Assembly (NCBI GenBank): GCA_012295275.1
Contig: CM022667.1
Span: forward strand, 19,840,001 to 19,904,000
Length of the DNA stretch: 64,000 nt
Direction of reading: 5' to 3'
Source: Chrysomallon squamiferum
Lineage: Eukaryota > Animalia > Mollusca
A program made the position numbers and the translations under genes. The notes beneath the pieces are model-generated. The model was not told where the DNA came from. It worked only from the letters and a program-made list of their open reading frames with translations, and searched no databases. Numbering within the stretch: the stretch's first letter is position 1; each line of letters begins with the position of its first letter. This document shows, in pieces, positions 40,038 through 54,039 of the stretch.

Positions 40038-41521
40038 TTATATTAATTCATTTGATTCAAGAGTGCCATTAGTACTGCAGTCTTTTTCGCCAGGTTGCAC
40101 AAGAGTTTTGTTAGTTTTGTCCATCATCTCTTCAGACGCCGAGGACGTATGAGATCTGTAATGATGTTTGCTATTTTTGCTTCCTTGTTTGGTCCAGCGT
40201 CTTCCTTTCAACGTTCCTCCACACTGGAAGAGAACCGCTATGCATTCATTACGAAACCTGGTCGAGGTGGCGCTGTATATTACAGGATTGATGACATTGC
40301 TCAAAAGGGGTGAATATTTAGCTATGTCGGTTAGTGACTTTATGAATACCGTCATGTGTGGAATGTCAATAAACATCATGGTCGACATGAAGACGAAGTA
40401 AGGGAAGTAACTCATGAAGAACGCCACGGTGACAAAAAGAAAAGACGAGCGGAACTACGCTGCGACCTGAACGACTGATGCCGGCTGCTGGTGGAGGATC
40501 GTCTGCTTCCCAGCGACTCTCTGTGTTGCAGGTGTATTCTCAGGGCCTTCCATATCGAGATGTAGAAATACGTCAAACAAATCAAAATTGCGGTGAAAAT
40601 CATACCAAGAATTCCATTGAAGGCAAAAAGGAAAGGACTCCTCTTTGCTTTCTCTGTGAAGAAACACTCTGTCACGTTAATGATGGTTTCGTTGTCGATG
40701 TACTGTATTTTTTTCTGTCCGTACAAGAAGACACTTGGAATGGAGATCAGCGTGCCTATGATAACCGCACCCGAACAAACTATCTTAGTCAGTCTCAGTG
40801 GAAATTCTGGTTTCAGCGGTTTACAGATTTTGCGGTTTCTGTCGAAAGCTATAGTCAGCAAACATATTCCTGACGAAACACCTGTCGCCATGGCCATGAA
40901 AGACGCGGCCTGGCAGATGTTGTGAAAGGCGTGGATTTTATCGTTTACAGACAATGCAATGAACATAGGCACCGTCGTGCATCCGTTTATCAAGTCTAGC
41001 ATCGCGAGAACTTCTATAAATAAACTGAAATTAGACCTCTTCCATCGAAAATGATATATGTACATGACCAAAAGATTTCCAACAACAGACAGCAGCAGAA
41101 TGAAAATCAGGAACATGAGCTCAGCTCCGTGCCATTTGAAAGACAAACTCATAGACACACTGATGTTTTGTGAAAACTCGTCAGCCTCGCTCTGGTAATG
41201 CGGAACTGTTGTCGTGCTGTTAAAACGCGACGTGGTGACTGAGGTTAAAATCGTATCAGTCAGCGTGAACAGGCTGGAGAAGTTTCCAGAATTGGTAAAT
41301 TCAACAGAAGTTGAGTTTTTGTCCATCTGTGTGGATATTTCAGAATTAATGTTTTTATCAATCTGCACCGGAAGAAATGTAGAATACGGAGGAGTTACTC
41401 TTGATAAGCCAGACGAAAAGTTCTGATTCATTTGTCTGGAAATTTCTGCATTATAGTTTGACTTTGTAATATTTGAACTTTTTTCTGTTGACACGCCATC
41501 TGCTGTGTTATTTTCAAACAT
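40038..41521 (-). pseudogene. Class A (rhodopsin-like) GPCR paralogue 1, peptide-receptor-like; 1-nt deletion at start of TM6 (pseudogene or assembly error), ~494 aa if repaired
   Basis: ORFs 40412-41521 and 40038-40427 overlap in different frames. TM1 GN, TM2 LAMLD, TM3 DRN, TM6 YFPY, TM7 NPVIY. Adding one base to the A5 run at 40434-40438 gives ARLFFFVTVAFF, matching paralogue ARLFFIITVAFF. Confidence 0.88.
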
Positions 41522-42847
41522 CTTCGAAGTTGATTTCGTTCACATGAGTATTAAGAAGATCTCTGTCCTTAAATGGAAACCCAAAGCAAACGTATTATTA
41601 TTTCATTATAAAGAAACTTAGAAGTTCAGTGGTCAAATTATTAATTTTAAATTGCTTAAGATGAAAATTGATGATTTGGTCATCAAATTACAAACTGCAT
41701 TTATAATACTTTACTATTATAAATGTTATTGTGGTTTTTGTCATTATTATCATTACTAAAGCAATTTATACTGACATCACCATAAAAACTAGAAAAATAA
41801 ATAAGAAAAATAGAAATATTTTAAACAGATAGATTTAATTATATTCTATTAATTTTTTGAAATGTACCTTTGGAAGTAATGTAGATATGACCTGTGTAAT
41901 TATTTGAATTCTTTTAAATAACTATTTTACTTCATGCAACCAACCTTTGAAAATAATAAAGTAACAAAAAAATAAGTTAACAAAATATGAATTGTGACAT
42001 CTTAGAGATGCCATTTGTAAAAAAAAAAAAAAAAATAAAAGAAAAAGGAAAACAGATAATTAATAAGAAAAAGAAGAAGAGAAAGAGTGTGAAGAACCAT
42101 TTAAATTTTTTATATATTTTTTAAAATGGCGTTAAACAATAAAAATTAAGACAACTTATTATTGATTTACTGTGTCAGCTGTTTCTCTTATTTCAAATAC
42201 ATTTAAGCTTTCATAAATCTTCACCATCTAATTACTAGTAATGATTAATGGTTATTAAAGTAATTTACAATGAATAGAAATATACAAAATGCAGTATTTT
42301 TTTTTAGTTATTTGGTCACTATAACTGTAGTGTTAACATTTGGGACTGATAATTTACTACGCTAACATTGTGTTGTAAAAGATATGAACGTCATACTGAC
42401 CTAATCTTGTTTCCAACTTAGGCTGGCGATGTGGTGAGGTTTAGTAGCTTAACAGCAGTCTTAGAGGGGATGAATTGTTGACAGTTCCACTTCACGTCTG
42501 AATCATTCCGTGTCACCGAGTGATAGTGTTTGAGTGTTCGCTATCCGTGTAGACTTGTGTCGGGTTTTCTTTATCTTCGTCTCGTCACAGTTCAGTTGTA
42601 TAGCTTTGTAGCAGGTATTAAAAAAAAAAAAGTATAAGAAATGATCCAAATGTTAAAAAAGAATTTAGCCAAAGATTTTATAAAATAAAGGATATGCTTG
42701 GTTTTTTAGCTGCTTTTTTATTTTTTATTTTTTGTGTGTGTGTGTGTCTAGTGGGAATAAAGTATATTTTGAACACTTCAAAGTTATAGTTTTATTATTT
42801 TTTCTCAAACAATATTTATTAATAATAAATAAAATTAAAATTATGTA

Positions 42848-42953
<106 letters not shown>

Positions 42954-43704
42954 AAGTCAGCATTCTTAGACAATAACTTACGTAATTATTCTTAAAAATG
43001 CTATTATTTTCGCTGACAGAACAGTTACCAGATCTTTCGAGCTCTTTAAAGCTGAGACATATCATTTGAATTATACGAATTGTTAGAGAATACACGCACA
43101 CAGACAGAAAGTCTAGCGGTATTTTAAGAGCCGAAGGATAAAGCCACTTTCGTACAGGAAAAAGCAGAAAGCAGGATATTTCAACCAGCGAATCGTCTTC
43201 ACCAAGTGGGCGATCTGTTTCGTAATGGCTGCACAATGACATGGAAACGTAATTTCATTATTTCCTTCACGCGCGCTCAAAAAGGAACAGACAGCTAGCT
43301 ACGAAATGTTTTCCCTGGGCGCAACCGTAAATTCATTAAAAATTCAATCTCGCAACGAAAAAAAACAGCTGACAGTAGATGACATTCGGGATGTAGATTT
43401 GAGACCGAACACCCACTTTTACGTTCCCAAATCTGACACAGGTCGTCTGGGTGAACATCTAAGGGGAAATTAATGAAATCGTTGTTATGATTTTTTAAAT
43501 ATATTGCGTTAATTGATGTTAAGTGCGTGTCAAATAAATTTTGTATTAATGCTAAAAATGGGTTTTCGTCCTTTCTGGTAAAATAACAGCAAATATATAG
43601 TATGTGTAATAATCTATGCGACAGATTTGGGATGTTCCCTGTGATTGGTTCTTTTTATTATTCTCTTTTTCCACACAGTACCTGGACTGGTTTACTAACG
43701 TCTT

Positions 43705-43745
<41 letters not shown>

Positions 43746-43823
43746 ATGCCTGTGTGTGTAAATATAGATAAATATATATTTATACACGCTGTGTGTATGT
43801 CTATGTATATGTGTGTGTATGTA

Positions 43824-43900
<77 letters not shown>

Positions 43901-43986
43901 GCTATGATTGCAGAAGCAGCTAACTGAGTAAAGCGGTTTTCCTTTCTTATCGTCATCATCATAAGTAAGAAATACATAATTCCAGT

Positions 43987-44022
<36 letters not shown>

Positions 44023-44570
44023 AAAGTATTCTTACTTCTTCGAAACACGTTCGTAATCTACATAATTAGGTCAGTGCATTTATACTTGTAAAGAACTAAT
44101 TATTTACTTTCATCGATGTTTGCAAACCGGTTAACATAGTAGAGATGATGCTATTTTTAGTAATGTAATATCTGTGTGATTTGTGTGTGTGTACGCGCGT
44201 GCATAGATGTGCGTATGTGTGTGTGTGTCGATGTGCTTGCTGTAGGGATCGGTCCTTTCGTGAAATATATTTTCAGAAATAAAGAGATGTTCTGGCAAGC
44301 AACAAATGAATGTTGTCGTTTGCCTCTGTGTAGAAAACATCGATTAGGTGATGATGTTAGTTTGACAATAAACGCCAATCTGTGCGTTTTAACACATTAA
44401 ACCTGATCTCATCTCGCGTACTTCAGTTCTTGATACGTCAACACTTCCGCGACATCCATTAACAAAACAAAACAAACAAAAAAAGACTAATGTTTGTCCA
44501 TTAGCAGTGCTGGATCATCTCATATTATAGATGTCTTCAGTTACTAATGTAATTAACAATTTAGAAAAAG

Positions 44571-44605
<35 letters not shown>

Positions 44606-44779
44606 TAGATTACATACAAAAGATTCCATCTGTACTAACAAATATGTATATGAAATATCAGAACTAACCACTTAACTCTTTATAAAACCAGTTTATTTTA
44701 GCAACAAAACAGATATTTGGGTGAGTTCAATAAATATTACAAACGTGGAATTCATATCTCGATCCGAAATTCATAAAAC

Positions 44780-44790
44780 AGCATGTGAAT

Positions 44791-44843
<53 letters not shown>

Positions 44844-44970
44844 CACACACACACGTATTTAATAATAAACTTAGCTGACATGTTTTAAGTCAACGACGGT
44901 TATATTTTGTTAATGAGTGATAAATACGTTATTATCAAATATACGTCCATACATACTAACATTCCAACAT

Positions 44971-45013
<43 letters not shown>

Positions 45014-45060
45014 CACACACACATGCATGTATATATTATGTACGTATGTGTGTATGTGTA

Positions 45061-45115
<55 letters not shown>

Positions 45116-45380
45116 GTACATATACACACACACGTATATAGACAAATACACACACATATATATATACATACCTAAATACATACATGCATACACACAATAT
45201 ATATATATATATATATATATAAAGACAGACACATGACACGCATATACATATACATATACATGCATACAAACATACACACATCTACATATATGCATATATA
45301 TACACAGATATAACACATACATGCATATACACACATACACATATACATATATGCATATACACACATTCATACATACACAC
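44780..45380. repeat. Compound (CA)n/(TA)n/(TG)n microsatellite field
   Basis: Direct reading. Confidence 0.9.
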
Positions 45381-45925
45381 ATTCGAGAAGTCATAATAAC
45401 TGATATTTCTACTCCAGTAATAATAATAACAAGAATAATAATAAGATATTAATAAATTAAAATAAATACAGATACTAAAATTAAATAAGTTACTGACAGA
45501 GAAATGATTAAACGGGTACAGCGTATTCTGTATTGTTGTTTTCGTAGATGTAAATCATAAACAACACAGAGCAAAGAACCTCGCTAACAAAGCAACAAGA
45601 GGTACACGTGTCAGACGATCCAGTATTTACACCAGCTCGAGCGGAAATAGCTGCGTCACTTCCGATCGAATATAAACGCCACTTGGAGTAAGTAACAATG
45701 TACGTGTATCAGAAATACATTTCCTGCACGTCTGAAAAGACAGGTTTAATTAATGGCTGTTGTTAGACTGAGTTTTTTGTGTCAGTTTTTTTTTTTTTTT
45801 TGGTCTTTGTTGTTTTTTTTTCTCTCTCTGTACATTCTTTGTCTCGGTTTACATACACAATACACGTGATCAAAATCAACATTTAACACTTAAAGCTAAT
45901 GGCCGCGGTAATTGTTGTCAGGAAA

Positions 45926-47344
45926 TTACGATAGTGTTTGTCTGTCTGTGCTGGGTATTTTAGCAAACACGATGTTGATGTGGTCGTTGGAGACCGCCCT
46001 GGAGCCGCCTAGCGACGACGCAGAATGCGAGTGTTTGAAATTGAGGCGGACTGGCTGATCCAAAGTGGGTTTCTTCTTGCCGTAGTTCGACTTACCAATA
46101 CCTTTGAACAGCATAGCAATTTCCCTTCTGAAGCGCGTAGACGAAAGACTGTAAATTATAGGATTTATGACGTTACTCATCATTGGTGATAGTTTCAGAA
46201 CGTCTACAAAAGCCTTAGCCGTAGGCGACAAAAACGTCGGGTCGTTATCTTTGAAGATTAAAACAAACACGGCTATAAAATAAGGGAAGTAGGTGAGAAA
46301 AAACGCCACGGTTATGATAAAGAAAAGTCTGGCCGTGGTTTTCTGGGCGCGGTAGTAGTTGCCGTGGCTGTCCTTCCCGCCGAGGGACACGCGGGTTCGG
46401 CTGCACCCGAGAGACGCCCGCCTCTTCAAGTGAACTCGGAGCGCCCGCCAGATAGAGAAATACAAAATAGACAATGACGTCATGATAAAAAGAAACACAG
46501 CTCCCAGAACACTGGCGAAAATGTACATCGTGTAGCTCTTGAAAGCGTTGTCTTTAAAGAAGCACCATGTCAGGTTAAACGCTATTCCGTCGTCGACGTA
46601 CAGCGTTTCCTTCCTGCCGAACAGAAACGTACCAGGAACAGAGGCCGCCATTCCAATTACCACAGCACCACAACACATTTTCTTTGTCATGCTTGGGGTA
46701 ATCTCGTTTTTGATTGGGTTGTGGATCTTCCAGTTCCTGTCGAAGGCTACAATAACAAGGACGAAACCCGAGGAGAGAGCGGTGCCGATGGCAACGTAGG
46801 ACGCCGTACCACACACTGGCCCGAACATGTCTCCTTTGTAGATCGTCAACACGAAGAAGAGAATCACAGAAATCAAACAGTTTGTCAGGTCGAGGATCGC
46901 CAAAACCTCGATAAATAAAGTAAAATTTGATCTGCGCCACTTTAAATGGTACACGTAGATAACCAGAATGTTTCCGACAACTCCAGCGACAAAGAGAATC
47001 AAGAGAACCAGCATTTCTGCTCCGTTCCACTTAAACAAGTCCGGCACGAAGTTTTGGTCAGCGTCTGATATTGTATTATTTTGGTCAGCGTCAAATATTG
47101 TGTAATTCTGATTATTCGTGCTAAATATCGTATTACTTTGATTAATGTCAAGGATTGTATAATTTTGGCTTGGGTCGACCATTGTGTAATTTTGGTTTGC
47201 TTCATTCACAAAATAGTTCTGGCTTGGTTCGTCCGTTGTATAGTTTTGGTTGGAGTCGTTCTGTGTAGAGTTTTTGTGAGGTTCGTGTGCTGAGGAACCG
47301 AAGTCGTATGCGAGGGTTGTCAAGTTCACATCATTAACATCCAT
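45926..47344 (-). CDS. Class A GPCR paralogue 2, intact intronless 472-aa ORF (orphan, peptide-receptor-like)
   Basis: Seven hydrophobic segments, GN (TM1), LAILD (TM2), DRN (TM3), ECL2 Cys, YFPY (TM6), NPIIY (TM7), FRRE helix 8; N-terminus rich in N-glycosylation sequons. Confidence 0.93.
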   Translation of the reverse strand: MDVNDVNLTTLAYDFGSSAHEPHKNSTQNDSNQNYTTDEPSQNYFVNEANQNYTMVDPSQNYTILDINQSNTIFSTNNQNYTIFDADQNNTISDADQNFVPDLFKWNGAEMLVLLILFVAGVVGNILVIYVYHLKWRRSNFTLFIEVLAILDLTNCLISVILFFVLTIYKGDMFGPVCGTASYVAIGTALSSGFVLVIVAFDRNWKIHNPIKNEITPSMTKKMCCGAVVIGMAASVPGTFLFGRKETLYVDDGIAFNLTWCFFKDNAFKSYTMYIFASVLGAVFLFIMTSLSILYFSIWRALRVHLKRRASLGCSRTRVSLGGKDSHGNYYRAQKTTARLFFIITVAFFLTYFPYFIAVFVLIFKDNDPTFLSPTAKAFVDVLKLSPMMSNVINPIIYSLSSTRFRREIAMLFKGIGKSNYGKKKPTLDQPVRLNFKHSHSASSLGGSRAVSNDHINIVFAKIPSTDRQTLS

Positions 47345-48969
47345 CCCAGAATAAATCGCCAGAAAGTTTCTTCAAAGCGAAGTCTAAACGTTGCTGGTAT
47401 TATCTGAATAAAGATAAAAAAAAAAGTAATAATGAGCATAATCCACATTTTTATCAGTCGCTTTAAACTAGCATCACTAGATACGAACATCAGTTTTACT
47501 ATTATCATTATTGTTCTTGTTAATACTGACGACATTCAAAAATAATTATAAAAAAAATTCCCTAAATGTTTGAATGACAATAAATTTTACCAGAATGAAC
47601 ATTAAAAACAACAAACAATAGACTACGTGAATACACTGTTACGTTATCAGCTTTACTCTCATCGGTTAAGCATTAACGTAAAACGCGAAATCTGTGACAG
47701 TAACGTTTTGGCTGAGTGCGGGTTTTGTTCCATTCTGTTACGAACACGTAGGAGGGCGATATTCCCAACGTGACTCCCACGTCAGCGTCATTAATATTGA
47801 ATAAACTATATGACTAAACTTGGTGCTGAGACGTTGAGATAAAACTGTTCACCAGTATCTCAGCCTCGCGTGTTAACAAATAACTGATCTTCTATTTGTA
47901 GTTGTTTTTTTATTTTTATTTTTATTTATTTTTTATTCTCGCGAGTATTGACAATGTTATTATTGGTTTGAAACTTCACGGTCTGCCCACGATGTTTTAA
48001 CAGTAACCAGGAGATGGTAAATCAAACCAACAGAAACCTGTGGAAATCTGAGGGTGGGAATTGTTATGTTCCTGGTGACCAGTGCAGTACGTGACCGAAA
48101 CCTCGGTTTTCAATAGTTGTATATCATTCGTTTATTTTATTTCATAATTAAAGAGGAATAAATGATAAATGAAACAAAAACCTTATTGCCAAAAGCGTGA
48201 ATGTTACGTAAGTTGATAAAATCTGTTACATGTTTACTTTATAAAACAGTAACGTCCGTTATTTCAACCAACGAAAACCAAAATGGGTAATTACATGGAT
48301 AATAATTTGAAAAACAAATGGTTTTTCACAAGAAAAACAGGGAGACCGTTACAATTATAGGTAGTATTATTTCTATTCAAAAAGAAGCAAATAATTTGTT
48401 AACAGTTTTATTCTTTTTTTTTTTTTTTTTTTTTTTCTTGGTTAATAATAATAACAGAAAACAGGAAATGAGAATAATAGAAAAATAAAACATTTAACAA
48501 AAACAAATATAATAAACCAAAACTTGATCAACAATATTTTCATAATTATTGAAAACGACATGTACTCATTCTGTGAATGTTAACATGAAAAACGAGATTA
48601 TTCTGTGTATTCAGTGTGTTGTTAACTCTTTTCTGTAGGTTGTAAATTGTGACAGACAGTTTTTAGCAACAAAAAAGAGAAACATATTAACATTCATAAA
48701 ACTGCTAAATATTTCTGTTATAAAACAATAAATAATTACATACAGGTTATACACAAAACATATACACATACGTACATACTCACATAATAGATACGTAGAG
48801 TATACGCACACACACACACACACACACAAACACATACATACAGAGAGATACACTGACAGACCTACATAATACTTACATACACACACATATTAAAAATGGT
48901 GTATGCATGTAGTGTGTTGTGTGTTTGTATCTGAGAGCAGATTTAAAGCCTGTAAATTTGATGTAAATT

Positions 48970-50128
48970 TTAAAGCAATTTGATCACGGCATTGTCATTG
49001 ACGACATCACTCAAGACGTGTTTGTCTGAACAGACTTTGTCGGTGTTAACGGACGTCACCGACTTTGAGTGTATGACGACAGATTTAGCAAGAAGATTCA
49101 AAGAAACGACACTTCTCACTGGTGTGGTGACGCCTCTGAACATCGTCACAATCTCCTTTCTGAACCTGGCCGAGGAGAGACTGTAAATGACAGGATTTAT
49201 TACGTTGCTCATCATGGGAGATAACTTTGCAAGGTCTATAAAGGCCTTTCCGATCGGTGAAAGACTTTCACTCGTTTTGTCTTTGAACATCAGGTAAGCC
49301 TAACACGATGAAGTAAGGGAAGTACGTTACGAAGAACGTTAACGTTACGATAAAGAAGAGTTTGGCTGTCGTTTTGTGAGCACGGTACTGGTTGCGGTTG
49401 TCGGCTTTTCCGTCAACAGCTCCGCTGTACTGTCCAAGCGATCTGCGCTCTTTGCAGTGAACTGCCAGATGCCGCCATATCGAGCAGTACAGAGTGGAAA
49501 GAGACAAAATGACGAAAATGAAAATGATTCCAAGCACGGCAGCCCAGATGTACATCGGCCAGCTTCTGAACGCGCCGTCCTTAAAGAAACACCACGTGAG
49601 GTTGAACGCGTGTCCGTTGTCAACGTACACAGTTTCCGTTTTCCCAGACAGAAAGGTTCCAGGAATGGACACCGTCATTCCGACCACTACGGCACTGAGA
49701 CACAACTTCTTCGTCATTCCTATCGTCACCACCTGTTTCAGCGGGTTGTATATTTTTCTCTTTCTTTCGTACGCGACAATGACGAGGACGATGCTGGACG
49801 CCATTGTTGTAACAAAGGCGACGTAAGACGCCGTCCCGCAGAAGATTTCGAACAGTTCACCTTTGTAGACCGTCATGACGAAGAACAGAGTGACGGAGAG
49901 CAGACAGTTGGACAGGTCGATGGCTGCTAGGACTTCAATGAACAAAGTGAAGTTGGACCTGCGCCACTTGAAATGATACGTATACATGACCAGCACGTTT
50001 CCTGCGATTCCAAAAACAAAAAGAATAACAAGAAAAACCATCTCGGCGCCGTTCCACTTGAACAGATTAGGCACAAAATGTTCCATCCCTTGTTTTTGCG
50101 TAGAGCTTATGTTATATCTGCATTCCAT
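48970..50128 (-). pseudogene. Class A GPCR paralogue 3; 1-nt insertion at end of TM6 (pseudogene or assembly error), ~385 aa if repaired
   Basis: ORFs 49268-50128 and 48970-49290. Removing one G of GG at 49293-49294 gives FIVLGLLMFKD, colinear with paralogue FIAVFVLIFKD; downstream frame keeps NPVIY and FRKE. Confidence 0.88.
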
Positions 50129-51679
50129 GCTTCTGCCATCAAAAACCGACCATTTAGACTGCTGGTAAAATGTCCATCGATCCCATGACTCTAACCATCA
50201 GTCAGTCTTTGGGTTAGTTTGAAAATGGTCGATGTCTGAAAATTTAGAAAAGATGACTGAAAAGCAAACCATGCGAATAATCAGATGTTAAAGAATGTTT
50301 ACATGGTAATTATGTCTTCAAGGAAGGCATTAGCATTGGAGCTTGTAAAATGTCACATAAGCAGATTAATTTAAACACACTAACATTATTTATATTTACT
50401 CTTTTTTGTTAATTAATTCGTCTTACAAATATGTTAAAAGCGCAAGTATTCAAACACCAAAGAATTAGTGTGTTTAAAAAGAAAAGCCTAATTTATTTCT
50501 AATACGAGTAATACAATAGTAGTATTAGTAGTAGAAGTAATACTAGTAGCAGTAATAACAGCAGCAGTAGTGGTAGTGGTAGTAGTAGTAGTAGTAGTGG
50601 CTATAGTTAGTAGTAGTGGTAACAGGTTAGTGGCAGTAGTAGTACTAGTAGCAGTAGTAGTGACAGTTGTAATAGATTAGTAGTAGTAGTACATCAATCT
50701 AGTATGCTGACATGTTTGTCAGTAATTAACAGAAATAATACACATAATAAAAATATTTTACGATAAAAAAATTGGCTATCAGTATTGTGATGAATATGGT
50801 TTTTGACTCGAAAACATAAAGTGCGTTTAGCCATATCAGTTCATTTGTTTGTTTTTGTAATGAATATTATATGTTTTGTGGCATTTTTTCTTATTTTAAT
50901 ATATATATATTTTTTTTAATTATAAAATATATAAACTAACAAACAAAAAGTCAAAAGCATTTACTTTAGTTTCATATATCTATATCTGTAGCTATCTATC
51001 TGTCTATCTATTTATCTATCTGTATACATACATACATTTATATTTCTTCTTCTTAATGGATGCTCAAAAAAAATAACTGACACATTTCAAAAAATACATA
51101 GTCAGTTATAGTCAACCATAGCAACGCATTTTTTTAAATCTCTTTAGGCTTGATGTTTAATGTAATTTTTTTAATTATTAAAAACGGTAATAAGATTCTC
51201 TTTTCCTGGATATTTTAATACAAGCATGCTATTAAAAAATCTTTAAAGAAAAAAAAATTAATAATCAAAATTATACTCCGGCTATTACTTAACTTTAGTT
51301 TATTTGCATCTTACAGTGTTTTTCTTTAGATTAACTTCTTATACCTTCGAAGTTTATTTCTAAAGATAATTATTTAACAGGCGGATTCACAAATTATGGC
51401 GGCTTTGTTCATTAATTTAATTTTTTTTTTTTAAATTTTATTTTGCGTCTTTGTATCTAATACTTTGTAGCATGCAATCGTGCAGAGGCTGTAATAGAAT
51501 AAATACTTAGAGGGTTTGACTTTTAAACTTAGCTGTTAAACTTGTTTTTAATCCGTGAATGAGTCAGCTGAAATCTATTAGATCATCGGTAGATTTATAA
51601 GGTACTATTTCTGTCTATTTGTCTAGCTCTGTGTCTGGTTGTCCATCCATCTATCTTTTTCCACATGTCTATCGATCCA

Positions 51680-51705
51680 TCTGTCTGTCTCTATCTATCT
51701 ATCTG

Positions 51706-51781
<76 letters not shown>

Positions 51782-51800
51782 GGTCTATATATCTATCCAT
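51680..51800. repeat. (TATC)n microsatellite
   Basis: Direct reading. Confidence 0.95.
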
Positions 51801-52659
51801 CCACATGGACAAACTGTAATATGAAGAACATGCTATGAATGTTATGGACATATCAAATTAGAATGTTTGTATTATATTTCTAAAAATCTCTAACATTTTA
51901 TACAACATTTGATACCAATATCAAAACGCATACGTTAGAAAACAAAAACAAACAAATATTTTATGGTAAATGAGCATTTAGGACAATACGAAATACTTAC
52001 TTTAGTTTGACAGTAATGTATATCTGCTACTGGGGATACACGAATAGCAGACTCTTCTGTCAAGTTAAAAAATTAATCTTTGCAATCTGCTTTTCAAGCT
52101 GGCCTATTACGGCCCTCATTCGATTTGTTAGCATCACATATCACAGAGCAGATAGTCGGCTCACGGCCTCCATAATTGAAACTCTCCAAGCATTTGGCAT
52201 CTGTCCGGTTTGCAACCTGCAATCACACCGCGGCTTCACTCAGTGTTTATTCTGCCGCATAAGGCAACTAATAAAGGAGAAAAAAAAAAAAAAAAAAAAA
52301 AAAGCTTCTGGCATATTTGCTTATTCATACGTGAAGCGTTATTTAAGAGGCCGGTATGTATGTTAATTCATACAACTGCCACAAAACCTCGAATGAAACC
52401 GATGTCACTGCCAGATCTGAAGTTCGGTTATCAGAAAAATGGTGAATCATGATTGATGATTGTTTTAGCAATACTTAAAGTCTACCATCATCATTTCGGT
52501 TTCTGCACAAATCAATGCGGCTGCTATTAACGGCAAGTATTGAACTGTAGGCGTGCGTCGTTAGAAAGAAACCCGGCAGTTCGAGAGTTGATAAATCTAA
52601 TGAGCTTTTTCTTTTGTCCAAATGAATAATCAATGCAGATTTAAGAAGGAATCTAAAAG

Positions 52660-52845
52660 AGTATTTGTTTAACGACACACCTAGACACTTTTGCTGCTAT
52701 TCACGGTTATCTTTACGACCAGGAAGTAGTGATTCTCATAACGACAGTTTCAGAAAAGAAACCTGCTGTTAGAGGATGGGTTACTCTTATCGATTAGCAG
52801 CGAGGGGTCTTTTGTTTGAACCTTCCCCTAGACAGGAAAGCGTAA
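52660..52845 (-). mobile_element. Degraded SINE-like repeat, best-preserved local copy of a dispersed family
   Basis: tttgtttaacgacac...gaaacctgctg...gggttactctt.tcgattagcagc.agggg.tctttt...ttccc.tagacagga. Partial matches by eye at ~4560-4630, 10235-10365, 16050-16235, 22985-23115, 32540-32630, 61690-61765 and 62420-62550. SINE assignment and strand come from recollection of similar gastropod repeats. Confidence 0.5.
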
Positions 52846-54039
52846 TCTACTGGTTTGTTGTAGAACAAAATTGCAAAATAGAAAATACAGTAAGTGCTGC
52901 AACAACAACATCAACTACTACTACTACTACTACTACTAGTAACAACAGCAACAACACAAAAACAAAATTAATAATAATAATTAAAAAATTTGAAAGAAGT
53001 GAAAAAAAAGATATATATAAAATAATAATAATTTTAAAAATAATAACAACAACAGCAGCAATAATAATAATAATCTAATAAAAAAATGGAGATTACTGTT
53101 GTATCGCTTCACTGTAAGAAATGTGAATTTTAACAGAGTCTTCAGTTTTTGATTCTTAAGTAAATATTAGAATTCTATTAGTAATGCGTTTCTGAAGTGA
53201 CGCTGTCTTTAAAATTTTCAGAAAGCCAGGTTCAATCTATTACTTTACACAGCACCGCAGAGAAAAAGCTGAACTTTCTCTCTTAACAGCGTGAACGCAT
53301 TTTGCACCAGCCACCTATCCAGACTGTAAAATATTATTATAAACGAGGGCGTTATAATGAAGTATTTTTTAATATCCACTTTGTATTCTGGCTGCAATGT
53401 CAAGTAGTCATTTAATACGAAACTATTCTGATAATGTTATGTAAATAAACGTGGAGTATTACGCAAGAGCAAATGAGGTGTGATGTTACATAGATTATAT
53501 CACAACGTGCGCTTAACTTGAATAGGTTCAGAGTGAAATTTCTGTGAAAGTTTTGAAGCAATTGGATATTCAGTAGCATGGCGTTTTTCTGTATATTTGT
53601 TCAACTGTTTTGTATGAACGGAACAGTTTGGTCCTGCGTAGACGTTGCAACACAGACATACACACAAATAAACATACAAACATACATTAATATATACAGA
53701 GAAACATACATACACACAGGCACTCGAATTCCTCTGTGGGAATTTAGCAGTTTGAAACGGTTGTGTTGCAGATAATGACGTAACAGTGTTATTAGTAATT
53801 AGTGTGGCTGTAAATCAGATTACTTAAGTTACTGGTACGAGAATGGTTCTGGTATCATGTTCAGTCGCTTTGTTTGTATTTTCTTTGCTTCCTTTACTTC
53901 TTAAATTTTTCTTTTTTTTTTTTTTTTTTTTTTTTCTTTTCTTTTATAAACACAAGAAGTAGTTGTGCTGGGTTTTATTTAGTTAGTTAGCTAGTTATTC
54001 GGTTATTTCTTTACTTATTTATTATAATCAACATCAGAT

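Noticed and set aside
40425-40445. Programmed -1 ribosomal frameshift in GPCR 1
   Set aside because: No canonical slippery heptamer or evident downstream structure; the intact paralogue shows a plain indel.
43552-45394. [12 protein letters not shown] ORFs, also at ~5, 6.5, 16.3, 58.2 and 60.3 kb
   Set aside because: Dinucleotide microsatellite translations.
49376-49930. 184-aa + strand ORF, and similar ORFs at 40478-40925 and 46539-46918
   Set aside because: Antisense shadows of GC-richer GPCR coding sequence.
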